Position numbers and translations under genes: made by a program. Below the pieces are notes generated by a model. The model saw only the letters and a program-made list of their open reading frames with translations. It was not told the origin of the DNA and did no database searches. A stretch of 64,000 bases of DNA from Octopus vulgaris (Eukaryota): contig OX597824.1 in the NCBI GenBank assembly GCA_951406725.2, positions 42,718,001 through 42,782,000 of the forward strand. Direction: 5' to 3'. The stretch's first letter is position 1, and each line of letters opens with the position of its first letter. Below are positions 16,411 through 28,781 of this stretch, one piece after another.

Positions 16411-16504
16411 GTCTGACAGCGCTTCGCGTCGGGTTCGTTTCGATTCGTAGCTTCGTTCCGTTTCTTATCCTCCCAGTATTGTTATATATATATATATATT
16501 ATCA

Positions 16505-17266
16505 ATAATAACAAAGGGAAAAATTAATTAATTAACTAGTTATCAATAATTTCACCAAGTAGAATTCTGCATGAAAAGGGACCATTTCTCGGTAAACTTA
16601 AGTAATATTTTATAATTAGGGTTCAGCAAAGATTTGCTTTACCACGTACCGAAGTTTAGAAATAGCAGCCAGAGAACCTTAGCTATTTCCTCTACTTTAA
16701 AAAGAGATTCCCGGACAAAAACAAAGTACTCGAAAACAATCCACGTAGGCAGAGATGAAGAATAACGAAAATCAATCGATATTTGATTACCCTTGTACGC
16801 GTTCCAGAATTAGTTCGTTATAAAGAATGTAGAATTTATACTTTACCCAGAACACTTTCCTCATCAGCATGGGACTTCACAATATAATATTAAATCCGGA
16901 AGCACTGGAAGAATCGAATGTACCATTCCAACTAACAGAATCAGACATATTACATTCAACGTCCAGTATCGCCGAATTTCCAGTGCCTCCGGATTTAATA
17001 TTGTGAAGTCCCATGCTGATGAGGAAAGTGTTCTGGGTAAAGTATAAATTCTACATTCTTTATACCGAACTAATTCTGAAACGCGTACATGGGTAATCAA
17101 ATATCGATTGATTTTCGTTATTCTTCATCTCTGCTTACGTGGATTGTTTTCGAGTACTTTGTTTTTGTCCGGGAATCTCTTTTTGAAGTAGAGGAAATAG
17201 CTAAGGTTCTCTGGCTGCTATTTCTAAACTTCGATATGTGGCAAAGCATATCTTTGCTGAACCCTA

Positions 17267-17273
<7 letters not shown>
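16505..17273. mobile_element. Fold-back element (inverted Penelope-type pseudo-LTRs, ~300-bp arms, ~67-bp spacer) in (TA)n
   Basis: 16610-16910 is near revcomp of 16978-17273; unpaired ~100-bp tail on the left. Confidence 0.85.
17010..17093 (+). ncRNA. Type I hammerhead ribozyme motif, canonical core
   Basis: CCCATG-CTGATGA-GGAA..TTCT-GAAA-CGC-GTA^CATGGG; 6-bp stem I; palindromic stem III ACGCGT. Minus copy at 16790-16873 has GGAA instead of GAAA. Confidence 0.85.
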
Positions 17274-17345
<72 letters not shown>

Positions 17346-17404
17346 TTTGTGCCAATACGTCTATGCACATATATCTATATCTAAGTCTATATCAATGTGT
17401 GTAT

Positions 17405-17535
17405 GAAATTTTGGAACACTTGAGCAATTTCGGTGGAAGGGTAAATTGATTACGTCGACTTCAATGCTCACCTGGTACTTATTTGATTCCGAAAAGGTGA
17501 AATGTAAAGTCGGTCCCGACGGAATTTGAACTTTA
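17405..17535 (-). mobile_element. SINE family A, degenerate
   Basis: ctggtacttattt..ccgaaaaggtgaaatgtaaagtcg..cggaatttgaact. Confidence 0.6.
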
Positions 17536-18307
17536 GAATAATATAATACAATATGTGACATTAAAATTGTCAAAAGCAACAAACAACCTAAGTCATTAAA
17601 GAAACTGCTAACTAATGCAAAATTATTCCTCTCCATAACGAGCCCCAAAGTAAATAAAATGTAATCGCCTCAACCGTGGCACATGCCCCAACCTTTTGGA
17701 AGGGTCAGAATACTATTTTAAACAAGGGCAACACTTTACAATTAAATAAAATTTCATTTGTGCATCCGAAAAGCTGATCTACGTAAGCAGATGCTCGAAC
17801 TGCCAGAAAGACTATATCGGTAGCACGAGGACTTCTATCCGTCAACGTTGTACGGTGCATCGTCAACAGATAACCTCACCACAATACCGCCAAATTTATC
17901 TCAGTGAACATGTCAAAGTACGTACGAAACAAATACAACCTAAATTCACTATTTTCTCTATATATAAATTTGCTGACTGGACTTCTACACAAACCTGACT
18001 CAATTAAGAGACATATTTCATCCAAAAATACAAACCTGAACTTAACACCAATTCATTTTAATTGTATTGCTAATTGTCACTTAATTACTTGACTCTTGGA
18101 TACCTATTCATATTCAAACCTGAGTCATGAGAGGTCCGACATTACTCTTATGAAGAAAGTATTCATATCTTGGCAGTTGCTTTGTCGTTCATTTTCTATT
18201 GGACTGATTTATTTTATTCAATTATGGAATTTCAACATATGCAAATAAGTTATATATGTATGCCAACAATAATTTTTAGGTATAAATTACTGTTCATACT
18301 TATATGA

Positions 18308-18362
<55 letters not shown>

Positions 18363-18449
18363 AATTGAGTGCACTCATATGTATGTGTATATGTTGTATT
18401 ATGGGTATGTACCCACATCCATGTGGGTATATATGTAGACTGATTTATA

Positions 18450-18575
18450 TTACATAATCTCCGAAGAGGCCTTATGATATTTTTGTAAATGTCTCATTTA
18501 TATCTAGATATTAACCTACCAATTGGTAAAATGAGACATACTTATCTACATGGCCGAAACAGCTGTAAGATGTAA
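18450..18575 (+). ncRNA. Type I hammerhead motif with U4C core and long structured stem II
   Basis: ATCT-CCGAAGA-GGCC...(tgtctcattt/aaatgagaca)...GGCC-GAAA-CAGCT-GTA^AGAT; palindromic stem III ACAGCTGT. Confidence 0.75.
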
Positions 18576-18813
18576 TCTATACTTATATTTATATTTACTT
18601 ATATTTATATTCTCTTTTATATATATTCTACTTATTATACAACATTACTCTTTTATGTACACTTTTTTATGTACATTCCTTTATGTACACTGATTTGTTC
18701 TGCTTTTTATATTTAACCCTACAGTCTCTTATGTGGTGGTTTAATAAAGTATGTGATTGAGTATTATCTGGTAATTGATATTTGATTTAGATGTATTTCT
18801 CCATTTTCTTATC

Positions 18814-18873
<60 letters not shown>

Positions 18874-19055
18874 GTATGTATATATATAAATATATATATG
18901 TATATATATTACAAGAGAGAAAATGAGATGTTAGAGCATAATATACATGCATATACACTCATTCACACATTACTGCATAATCTTTAAAACCAAGTACGGT
19001 ATTATAATTAACTGTATATAAAATGAAATGACTCCTGTAACTGTATACTTGCCAA

Positions 19056-19210
19056 AAACACTGAAGAGCTCCATGAAAAAATAAGAGTTACTCCCCTTGA
19101 CATATTGCTTCATCTCTGTTCACTTTTTTTCAAAGATGGCGTCCTATTGACAGCAAAAAAGTTTTCTCTATATAAGTTGACAATCGTTTCATCGTGAAAC
19201 CGGTACTTAT
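19056..19210 (+). ncRNA. Possible decayed hammerhead motif with very long stem II insert
   Basis: CTGAAGA-GC..ATGAAA ... TTTCAT.GT-GAAA-CCG-GTA; stem I does not pair well. Confidence 0.35.
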
Positions 19211-19363
19211 TAATTTGTAATAATGTAATGATGTAATATGATATTAATATCACTATAAACTTTATTATACAAATTTTCTGTGACTTTTACATCTCATGTG
19301 TTTCTTATATACTTATCCCACGTGTATACAGAACTTTCCATTCTTCACAATATATATATATAT

Positions 19364-19456
<93 letters not shown>

Positions 19457-19560
19457 AAGATAGATAGATTATAAGAAAATGACTCTCCCCAGATACAACA
19501 GAATATGCTTCAACATACGGATTCATAGAAGGAATCTTGCAAACCAAATCCAAAAACGAA

Positions 19561-19620
<60 letters not shown>

Positions 19621-19637
19621 ATCATCCTCATTATCAT

Positions 19638-19800
19638 CATCGTTTAACATGCTTTCCATTCTGGCAGGGGTTGGACGGTTTGACAGGAGCTGGCCTGCTC
19701 CAATTAGTTGATATGGTATGGTTATTATGCCTGGATGCCCTTCCTAACGACAACCATTTTTACAGAGTGTGCTGGGTGGATTTTACCTACTACTGGCACA
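19638..19800 (-). mobile_element. SINE/LINE-tail-like fragment
   Basis: ggttggacggtttgac...ggatgcccttcctaacg.caacca recalled as a common retroposon 3' end; orientation inferred from the adjoining (ATC)n. Confidence 0.4.
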
Positions 19801-20641
19801 TACGCACATATATACATACCCATGCATACATATATGCATACATACATACATACATACATACATACATACACACACACATATGTATATATAAACACACATG
19901 CAAACATATGCATACGATATTTTTTCTTTCGCTGTTTTTAGTATGTCTCTTTACTACTTAATCCTCTCAAGGAAAAATTTTTAATTTTATCAAACTAAAG
20001 TATTATAATTTTTAATTATTTTCTTAAATTTTAGATTTTTTTCTTAAATTCAATCGTGTCTTATGTATTACATCGACATTTGTCTATTTATGTATATTTA
20101 TGTATTTTGGAATTTTTATTTCAATTTTATAAAAAATAAATATTACGGAGATGTACTTGCATAGCGAGTGACTTGATCTGAGATCGTATAAATATATATA
20201 TATTTATATAAATTTCGAATGTGTATTTTAATTATGTTCTTTTAGACTCCTCGGGTGTTGCCTCTATAAAAAAAATATTATATAGATACATATATACACA
20301 TATACATACATTTTATGTGTATGTATATATATATGTATGAATATATATGTGTATATGTATGTATATGTATGTATGCATATATGTGTGTATGTATGTATGC
20401 ATGTACGCATGTGTATGTGCATGAGTATGTAAGCTAAGAATAATTTCGCACATATACATGATTTACACACCTAGAGAAAGAAAGCATTTATGTAGGAGTG
20501 TGTGTGCATGCGCACGCATACATTTTATTGTTTATCTCTACGTGTAGAGGTATTCCCTATTCCTAAGTATGAAATATTATTTATATGCTAATCAGAGAGT
20601 AAAAAGCAAGGTAGACAAAGAGCCTATTATCTGTTAGGTAC

Positions 20642-20642
<1 letters not shown>

Positions 20643-20676
<34 letters not shown>

Positions 20677-20758
20677 TGTATGTATGTATGTATGTATGTA
20701 TGTATGCATGCATGTATGTATGTATGTATGTATGTATGTATGTATGCATGTATATATG

Positions 20759-20798
<40 letters not shown>

Positions 20799-20803
20799 CA
20801 GAC

Positions 20804-20838
<35 letters not shown>

Positions 20839-21330
20839 CAGATTACTACGTACTCTGTTAAGTAGATAGATACATATCCACATGCAATTATACTTGCACA
20901 CTTACGTACGTGCTTAGATGCATATATCCATGAGTGATTGTAGATATACTGCCACATCGATCAATAGATAGGAAGACACACAGACAGCTACACACATAAA
21001 TGTTTGTATGTGTGTGTCTGTATGCACACACGTATATAGGTGGAGGCAGAGAGAGCGGTGGAGAAAGGATGAGAGAAACACAGCAAGCCAGCCAGCTAAC
21101 CGGACAGACAGACATGCAGGCAGACAGATCGATAAATAGATAGATAGATAGATAGATAGATACATACATACATACATACATACATACATACATACATACA
21201 TACATACATACATACATACATACATACATACATACATACATACATGCATAGAACAGACAGACAGACAGACAGACAGATAGATAGGTAGATAGATAGATAG
21301 ATAGATAGATAGGTAGATAGATAGACAGAC

Positions 21331-21373
<43 letters not shown>

Positions 21374-21386
21374 ACGGCAAACAGTC

Positions 21387-21466
<80 letters not shown>

Positions 21467-21468
21467 TA
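20643..21468. repeat. Compound (ATGT)/(GATA)/(CATA)/(GACA) microsatellites
   Basis: Direct reading. Confidence 0.9.
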
Positions 21469-21712
21469 ACCTATTGATTGCCGGATTAATAAACAAACAG
21501 TGGACAGATCGATACAAGCACCTTATATTTCACTGAGATACCTCCGTTGCTATTTACATAACTGTGATAAACAGCTTCTGTTCTACAACATGTAATTCAC
21601 GACGTTCTCCTTCATGTCCCGCCTTTTCCTTCATTCTTCTCTTTTACCTCGGTCACTTTCTTCTTCATTTTGTTCTTCACTTCTTCAACTGATTTGTTTT
21701 CTTTTCTTCTTT

Positions 21713-22640
21713 TCATTCTTTCATATTCCTTTTGCTCTTCTTTTCATCTTTTTCTTCTCTTTCCATTTTTTTGTAAATTCTTCCTTCTTCTTCTTCTTCT
21801 TCGTTATTTTTTTCTCCCCTCTTTTTTCTTGTTCTTCTCATTCTTTCATATTCCTTTTTGCTTTTCTTTTCATCTTTTTCTTCTCTTTCCATTTTTTTGT
21901 AAATTCTTCCTTCTTCTTCTTCTTCGTTATTTTTTTTCTCCCCTCTTTTTTCTTGTTCTCATTCTTTCATATTCCTTTTGCTCTTCTTTTCATCTTTTTC
22001 TTCTCTTTCCATTTTTTTGTAAATTCTTCCTTCTTCTTCTTCTTCTTCGTTATTTTTTTTCTCCCCTCTTTTTTCTTGTTCTTCTCATTCTTTCATATTC
22101 CTTTTGCTCTTCTTTTCATCTTTTTCTTCTCTTTCCATTTTTTTGTAAATTCTTCCTTCTTCTTCTTCTTCGTTATTTTTTTCTCCCCTCTTTTTTCTTG
22201 TTCTTCTCATTCTTTCATATTCCTTTTGCTCTTCTTTTCATCTTTTTCTTCTCTTTCCATTTTTTTGTAAATTCTTCCTTCTTCTTCTTCGTTATTTTTT
22301 TTCTCCCCTCTTTTTTCTTGTTCTTCTCATTCTTTCATATTCCTTTTTGCTTTTCTTTTCATCTTTTTCTTCTCTTTCCATTTTTTTGTAAATTCTTCCT
22401 TCTTCTTCTTCGTTATTTTTTTCTCCCTTTTTTTCTTGTTCTTCTCATTCTTTCATATTCTTTTTGCTCTTCTTTTCATCATTTTCTTCTCTTTCCATTT
22501 TTTGGTAAATTCTTCCTTCTTCTTCTTCTTCTTCGTTATTTTTTTCTCCCCTCTTTTTTCTTGTTCTTCTCATTCTTTCATTTTCTTTTTGTTCTTCTTT
22601 TCATCTTTTTCTTCTCTTTCCATTTTTTTTTGTAAATTCT
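21713..22640. repeat. Pyrimidine-rich minisatellite, ~123-bp unit x ~8
   Basis: gtaaattc anchor recurs at ~21773, 21899, 22019, 22145, 22267, 22388, 22505, 22632. Confidence 0.92.
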
Positions 22641-23039
22641 CCCCTTCTTCTTCTTCTTCTTCTTCTTCTTCTTCTTCTTCTTCTTCTTCTTCTTCTTTTT
22701 CTTCTTCATTTTTCGTCTTTTCATTTTTTCTCTCCTCTTTTTTTCTTTTTCTTCTCATTTCCTTCAGTTACTCTTTTGTCTTTTTTCTTCTTTTTCATCT
22801 TTTTCAACCCTTCCTTACACTACTTCATTATCACCGTCATCATTCTCTTTCCTTGTTTCCTTTCATTCTTTCTTTCTTCCTTTCTTTTTTCTTTTTTACT
22901 TCTTTCTTTCTCTCTTTCTTTTTTCTTTCTTTCTTTCTTTTTTCTTCAGTTTCTTTTTCTTTCCTTTTTCTTCTCTTCTTCATTCTCTACCTTGGTCTTC
23001 ATTTTTTTCTCTTCTACACACTTTCTCGCTTTTCATTTA

Positions 23040-23095
<56 letters not shown>

Positions 23096-23316
23096 TGTGC
23101 AGACGTGTGTGTATCCCACTCCAACACACAAACATACACATACGCACGCATGCACACACATGAGTGTCTGCATATAAATGTGTATCTGTGTGTGGTACGT
23201 ATATGCACCAGCGTTGATATACGTCTGTGCGTGTTACTTGAATTGTGTGACAACTAGATATTATCTCATCTTTCACTGTGCCTCATTTTGGCCAAAACAA
23301 TGCCATGTGGTATACA

Positions 23317-23347
<31 letters not shown>

Positions 23348-23400
23348 ATCTGCGTGAGAACATTGGTCATCACCGACGATGTTTTCTCCTGTGTTTGCAG

Positions 23401-23440
23401 CGTGTACGGAATCGATGTTCAGAAACTCAAAGTCTTTAAT
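23401..23440 (+). other. Candidate 40-nt internal exon ([14 protein letters not shown])
   Basis: Strong acceptor ttttctcctgtgtttgcag| and donor |gtaaga around a stop-free frame. Confidence 0.35.
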
Positions 23441-23454
23441 GTAAGAACGTATGT

Positions 23455-23509
23455 GTTCCACGACTGGATCGTGAGCCGAATGCACTAACCACTAAGCCAC
23501 GCGCCTTCA
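23455..23509 (-). mobile_element. tRNA-derived SINE 5' head fragment
   Basis: revcomp gaaggcgcgtggcttagtggttagtgcattcggctcacgatc, as in 57785-58112. Confidence 0.7.
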
Positions 23510-23522
23510 CATATACATATGT

Positions 23523-23633
<111 letters not shown>

Positions 23634-23636
23634 GTA

Positions 23637-24160
23637 TAGGGTGGAAAGGAACACACGAGTTGATATATATGAAAAAACAAGTCAAAAATAGAAAATGCTA
23701 AGATGATTTTATAGTGAATCTTTCAGTACCGGTTTCGGTCATTTTGAGACCTTTTCAACTGTAACGATTAAATAATTAAATTTAGAAAAATTTAGAAAAA
23801 TTAGAAGAAAGGTTTTTTAAAGGAATACTTCCATAGTAGTGTTCAGATATAGGTGGCATTCTGCCTTTCTCTGACTCCCTTGTTTGCACTTGTGTATTCG
23901 AGGTCTTTGTCACAACGACCTCGAATACACAAGTGCAAACAAGGGAGTCAGAGAAAGGCAGAATGCCACCTATATCTGAACACTACTATGGAAGTATTCC
24001 TTTAAAAAAACCTTTCTTCTAATTTTTCTAAATTTTTCTAAATTTAATTATTCAATCGTTACAGTTGAAAAGGTCTCAAAATGACCGAAACCGGTACTGA
24101 AAGATTCACTATAAAATCATCTTAGCATTTTCTATTTTTGACTTGTTTTTTCATATATAT
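23637..24160. mobile_element. Near-perfect palindrome (~245-bp arms, 1-nt loop at 23911) in (TA)n; inverted pseudo-LTR type
   Basis: 23663-23910 vs 23912-24160 differ by about 2 substitutions and 1 indel; ~25-bp unpaired tail on the left. Confidence 0.9.
24062..24099 (+). ncRNA. Minimal type I hammerhead motif with U3-A8 core (identical minus copy at 23724-23761)
   Basis: CAG-TTGAAAA-GGTC-tcaaaat-GACC-GAAA-CCG-GTA^CTG. Confidence 0.8.
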
Positions 24161-24206
24161 ATATATATATATATTTATTTATTTATTTATATTATATAGA
24201 GGGTAA

Positions 24207-25460
24207 TCTCTTATTATAAAAGGCAGATTTTATCTGCCTCCCTTTGGGAGTTATACAAATCTACAATATAGGATTTCTTCAATTACAATTTACCTAGCAT
24301 TTTTAAGAGTACAATGCATCGCGTCATGCCAGGTCCAGTTTTTAAAATTTATACTCCAATTAAGCAAAATTTACAGAAAACTCACATTCTGGTGTGTGTG
24401 TCAAATGCTTTTCTTAGTCTGGTTTACACCACACGCAAACGCACACACACACAAAGGGAGCGAATTGTTTCACTGACGCTATCACCCTTCTCCTCCTTTG
24501 TCTTTGCAAGTTTGCAGCTATTAAAGTGAAAACAGTGAATCCGACAGCGATAAAGAAAACGAATTGGTACCTGAATGGAGTGAAAATTTAAAAACTGTTT
24601 CTTTCGGTGAGTTTTCTGAAGAAACTGGATCAAGCCACAGACTTTCCCAGAAGAGTAAAGCCTTAGACTATTTCTATTTACTTTTTCGAATGAGCCTATT
24701 TGAAATCATTACGCTAAACGTAAACAAACCGAAAGAAAGGATAGTTTGTTATTTCCCACAACCTTAAATGAAATTAAGGCCTATTTTGCCATAAATATTA
24801 TTATGGGTATCAGAAAGTTACCCAGAATAACAAATTCTATTGTAAAATTTTGTTGTATACCCAATTGAATATTAGCTAATAACACATTTTCTATAGCGAT
24901 GTTTGAACAAAATTTTAATAATTTTACAGAAAGTTACCCAGAATAACAAATTCTATTGTAAAATTTTGTTGTATACCCAATTGAATATTAGCTAATAACC
25001 CATTTTCTATAGCGATGTTTGAACAAAATTTTAATAATTTTACAGAAAGTTACCCAGAATAACAAATTCTATCGTAAAATTTTGTTGTATACCCAATTGA
25101 ATATTAGCTAATAACCCATTTTCTATAGCGATGTTTGAACAAAATTTTTATAATTTTACAGAAAGTTACCCAGAATAACAAACGAGCCCTTCTGGGTATT
25201 AGCGCGCGTCTACGATGAGTCTACGATTTAAAAAAAATTACCATCATATTTTTCCATTTTAATGCATTTTTTTCGCTTTTATATAAGGGAAGTAACTCTC
25301 TAAAAATATCTACGATGTGTCAACGATTTAAAGAAAAATTTACCTTAATTTTTTTTCAATTTTTAATGCATTTTTTTGCTATTTTTTTGCTATAACTCTC
25401 TAAAAATGCTTATATAGTTATTTCCCTTACAACCCGAGCAACGCCGGGCGATACTGCTAG
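24207..25460 (+). mobile_element. Non-autonomous Helitron
   Basis: A|TC start, subterminal hairpin CCCG.GC-aac-GCCGGG, CTAG|T end, no TSD; 3' end shared with 45599. Confidence 0.85.
24811..25182. repeat. 116-bp tandem repeat x3.2 inside the Helitron
   Basis: cagaaagttacccagaataacaaa at 24811, 24927, 25043, 25159. Confidence 0.95.
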
Positions 25461-25575
25461 TATATAATATAAATAAATGTTTTCAAAGTGGAAAAATTTA
25501 CAGATTTTTTCTCTTACGAGGTTTTTCACGCTAACTACTGATAATTTCATATAAAGATTTTATCCTTAATTTTAA

Positions 25576-25609
<34 letters not shown>

Positions 25610-25703
25610 TATATAGATGCATAAATACATTGAACTGCTAATCCCTACAAATTTTTTTCTGCCGCCGCTTTTATTTCTTCTCTCCGTTTGTTTCCTCTCA
25701 ACC

Positions 25704-25745
25704 CTTTCTGTCGAAGAGTGTAAGCTCGAAACGTCAACGTCAAAG
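25704..25745 (+). ncRNA. Decayed minimal hammerhead motif (A6U, 6-nt duplication at cleavage site)
   Basis: CTTT-CTGTCGA-A-GAG-tgtaag-CTC-GAAA-C-GTC-[aacgtc]-AAAG; resembles 58606-58640. Confidence 0.55.
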
Positions 25746-26698
25746 ACTGCCATTCTTCCCCAGTGTCAAATAATACACCTGCTTGTTGTAGAGGTAGGTA
25801 CGTACATATATGTTTATATATATGCATTTGTTTTATTTCTTTTATTAATATATATATATATATATACACACACACATCTGATTACACCCCCTTGTCATAG
25901 AGCACGATTCAATATCATAAATCACAATTATATTAAATTACTCCGACTAACTGAATAATTTATCTTAAATGCACGATGTACACCCGGAGCTATAATTCTC
26001 TTTAATATATTCACATTAACTGACTAACATACTAATTGTTAGTGCTGCCATTAACATAAGTACGATTAAACGAGGGATTTAGCCTATTCTAGCTGAGTTG
26101 ATTACCTTTAATTGTATTAACGAGCAGATAGCCCGGGCCGGACATAACAACACTTTATTCATTTGTTATACCTTTTTACGTAACCCAGATTTATATTGCA
26201 CTTAAAGTTTTAAGAGCATCCTTAATTTTTAACATGGCCGTTATTTGTAATCATAGGAACTTGTCTAGCGGACTCAAATAGCGTTATTTATTACGATTAA
26301 TGACACCGAATATTACTACCAGGTATAACTCTTTCGACTAACACCGCCGGTCAACTAGTCATTTTCCCCACTTACTGCTCCATTCATGTACTTGAAGTAA
26401 CTATACACACACATGCAACGTTTTAAAGGACACGAAAATGCAAGCCTAAAGACTTAACGAACTCTTTTCCTTTTTCCTTTTTCTTTTCCCTTTTCCGTTT
26501 TTTATCCTGTCAATATTCCTCGGAAAAAGTCCAAGTCATTCGGACGATGTTTGTTACATGGAACGTAATAAAAGCAAATTTACCTCAAAAATAACAAACT
26601 GAAACAGCTGTAAATGTTATTTTAACTATAATTAAACTATGACCATTTAATACTAATGATCAACTTCTGATTCTTGCTCAATTTCTTTTCTTATCTTT

Positions 26699-26765
<67 letters not shown>

Positions 26766-26922
26766 TATAAGTTAGAGGTGTTTATAACCGCTAAGGGATG
26801 GTTAAATCCAAAGGCGCTATAACTATTACTACCACTGTTCTTAATTAATTAATTAATTAAATTAATGGCTTACTAGCGCAAACGACTAACTTATTCCTGT
26901 TATTTTCCCTCCATTTACTTCT

Positions 26923-26968
<46 letters not shown>

Positions 26969-27029
26969 AGTGTATGTATGTGTATGTCTCTGTGTGTGTG
27001 TATCTATATGTATAAATGATAGTGTGTAG

Positions 27030-27575
27030 AGCAAGCGAAACACTTTGAGAAAGATGATATCTGGTTGCCACACAATTCAAATAACACGCACGCAGACGCT
27101 TATAGGCGCCGGTAAATATACATACATACCATACATTAACACAGGCAACATCACCTCTGCTGAGGAATACAAGCATTCATATCAGCACAAGCAATATTGG
27201 AGGAACATTACCATAAAATCTTAAACTAACTGCAAAATTACCTGACATCGTTATTTAGGATAGAATAATAAAAGGCATAAACAGTTATAGACGCTTGATG
27301 TCCTGCAGACGCGCGTATCACTTCCAAAATCAATGTCAAAGAGAATATCTTTGGAGACTGCTTCGAAGCCTGCAACTCGTCTACCCTGATTATAGCTTTG
27401 CATTCGTAACAATAATCAATGGAGCACTTAGTTATGTTAGGAAATGCTTATGTCCCAAATTCGAGAAGCTAGGTCTTTCAGTCAAAGAAACAGACCAGCT
27501 AACATGAATGTTACAGCTACTATTTGTAAAGGAACAAAAAAATATACAAAACTTTCTTAAAGTTCAATATGTAGC
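27030..27575 (+). mobile_element. Decayed RLE-type non-LTR retrotransposon 3' part
   Basis: PDIVI*DRII...CPAD...LLRSLQLVYPDYSFAFVTIINGALSYV. Confidence 0.6.
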
Positions 27576-28065
27576 AATTATCATTGTTGTTCTCCTAGCT
27601 CCAATGATCGTGCTACTGTTATTTTGTAAGAAACCGGGTCTTTAAGTCTAGACAGTGTTTTAAAAAAAAAGGGAAGGGCCTTAATACGCACGCGCGCGTT
27701 TATATATATATATATATATATATAATTGGTGCGATCCTTTGTACGATGGCTGCCGAGGATTTTGTGACATTCTGTGTGTTTTCTATTTGTTCCATTTGTT
27801 TATGCTTATATAGATCATGTGTGTTTTTTTAACACTTAAATCTGACAGAAAGAAGCAAGTTTGTGTGCTGTTGTAACGGTAGCACATTTGGTGTGTGTTC
27901 GGGAAAACCTACTCTTTTCTGTCGAGGTCTTATATGTCCCATTATTAGACTATTTTCTTTAGTTATTGCGCGATGATCGCTTATAAGCTTTAAGCTTATA
28001 AAATACTATTATTATCATTTACAGAATTGTAAAAATCGACGCTGCTTAACAAATCCATCGCAGTG

Positions 28066-28098
<33 letters not shown>

Positions 28099-28168
28099 TG
28101 TATGTATGTATATAAATGTATATATATACATAGACATGTATGTATGTACGTACATATATATATTTATG

Positions 28169-28244
<76 letters not shown>

Positions 28245-28382
28245 CAGAGAGAGACAGAGACAGAGACAGAGAGACAGAGAGACAGAGAGAGAGAGACAGA
28301 TAGACAGACAGACAGACTTCGACTAAACAATTCTTTTTACTCACTATCGACGCAAAAATTATTCATATCGTTTAATATACGA

Positions 28383-28781
28383 GGCGGCGAGCTGGCAGAA
28401 GCATTAGAACGCCGGGCGAAATGCTTATCGGCATTTCATCTGCCGCTACGTTCTGAGTTCAAATTCCGCCGAGGTCGATTTTGCCTTTCATCCTTTCGGG
28501 GTCGATTAAATAAGTACCAGTTACGCACTGGGGTCGATATAATCGACTTAATCCGTTTGTCTGTCCTTGTTTGTCCTCTCTGTGTTTAGCCCCTTGTGGG
28601 TAGTAAAGAAATAGGTATTTCATCTGTCTTTACATTCTAAGTTCAAATTTCGCCGAGGTCGACTTTGCCTTTCATCCTTTCGGGGTCCATAAGTTAAGTA
28701 TCAGTTGAGTACTGGAGTCAATCTAATCGACTGCCCCTCCTTCTCCAAAATCTCGGCCCTTGTGCCTAAAGTAGAAAAGAA
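28383..28781 (+). mobile_element. SINE family A, dimeric
   Basis: ggcggcgagctggcagaa (A box) .. gagttcaaattcc (B box) .. core repeated after aaataggtattt. Confidence 0.9.

Noticed and set aside
15948-16508. 186-aa plus-strand ORF
   Set aside because: Antisense shadow of the CR1 ORF2 fragment
21614-23257. Phe/Leu/Ser-rich membrane-like ORFs
   Set aside because: Products of a pyrimidine minisatellite lacking stop codons
23663-24160. Palindromes as pure sequencing fold-back artefacts
   Set aside because: Arms differ at some sites, are bounded by (TA)n, share tail and ribozyme polarity, and flanks resume normally; read-level confirmation is still advisable
24811-25182. CRISPR-like regular repeat
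   Set aside because: Whole 116-bp units repeat with no unique spacers; eukaryotic Helitron interior; no cas genes
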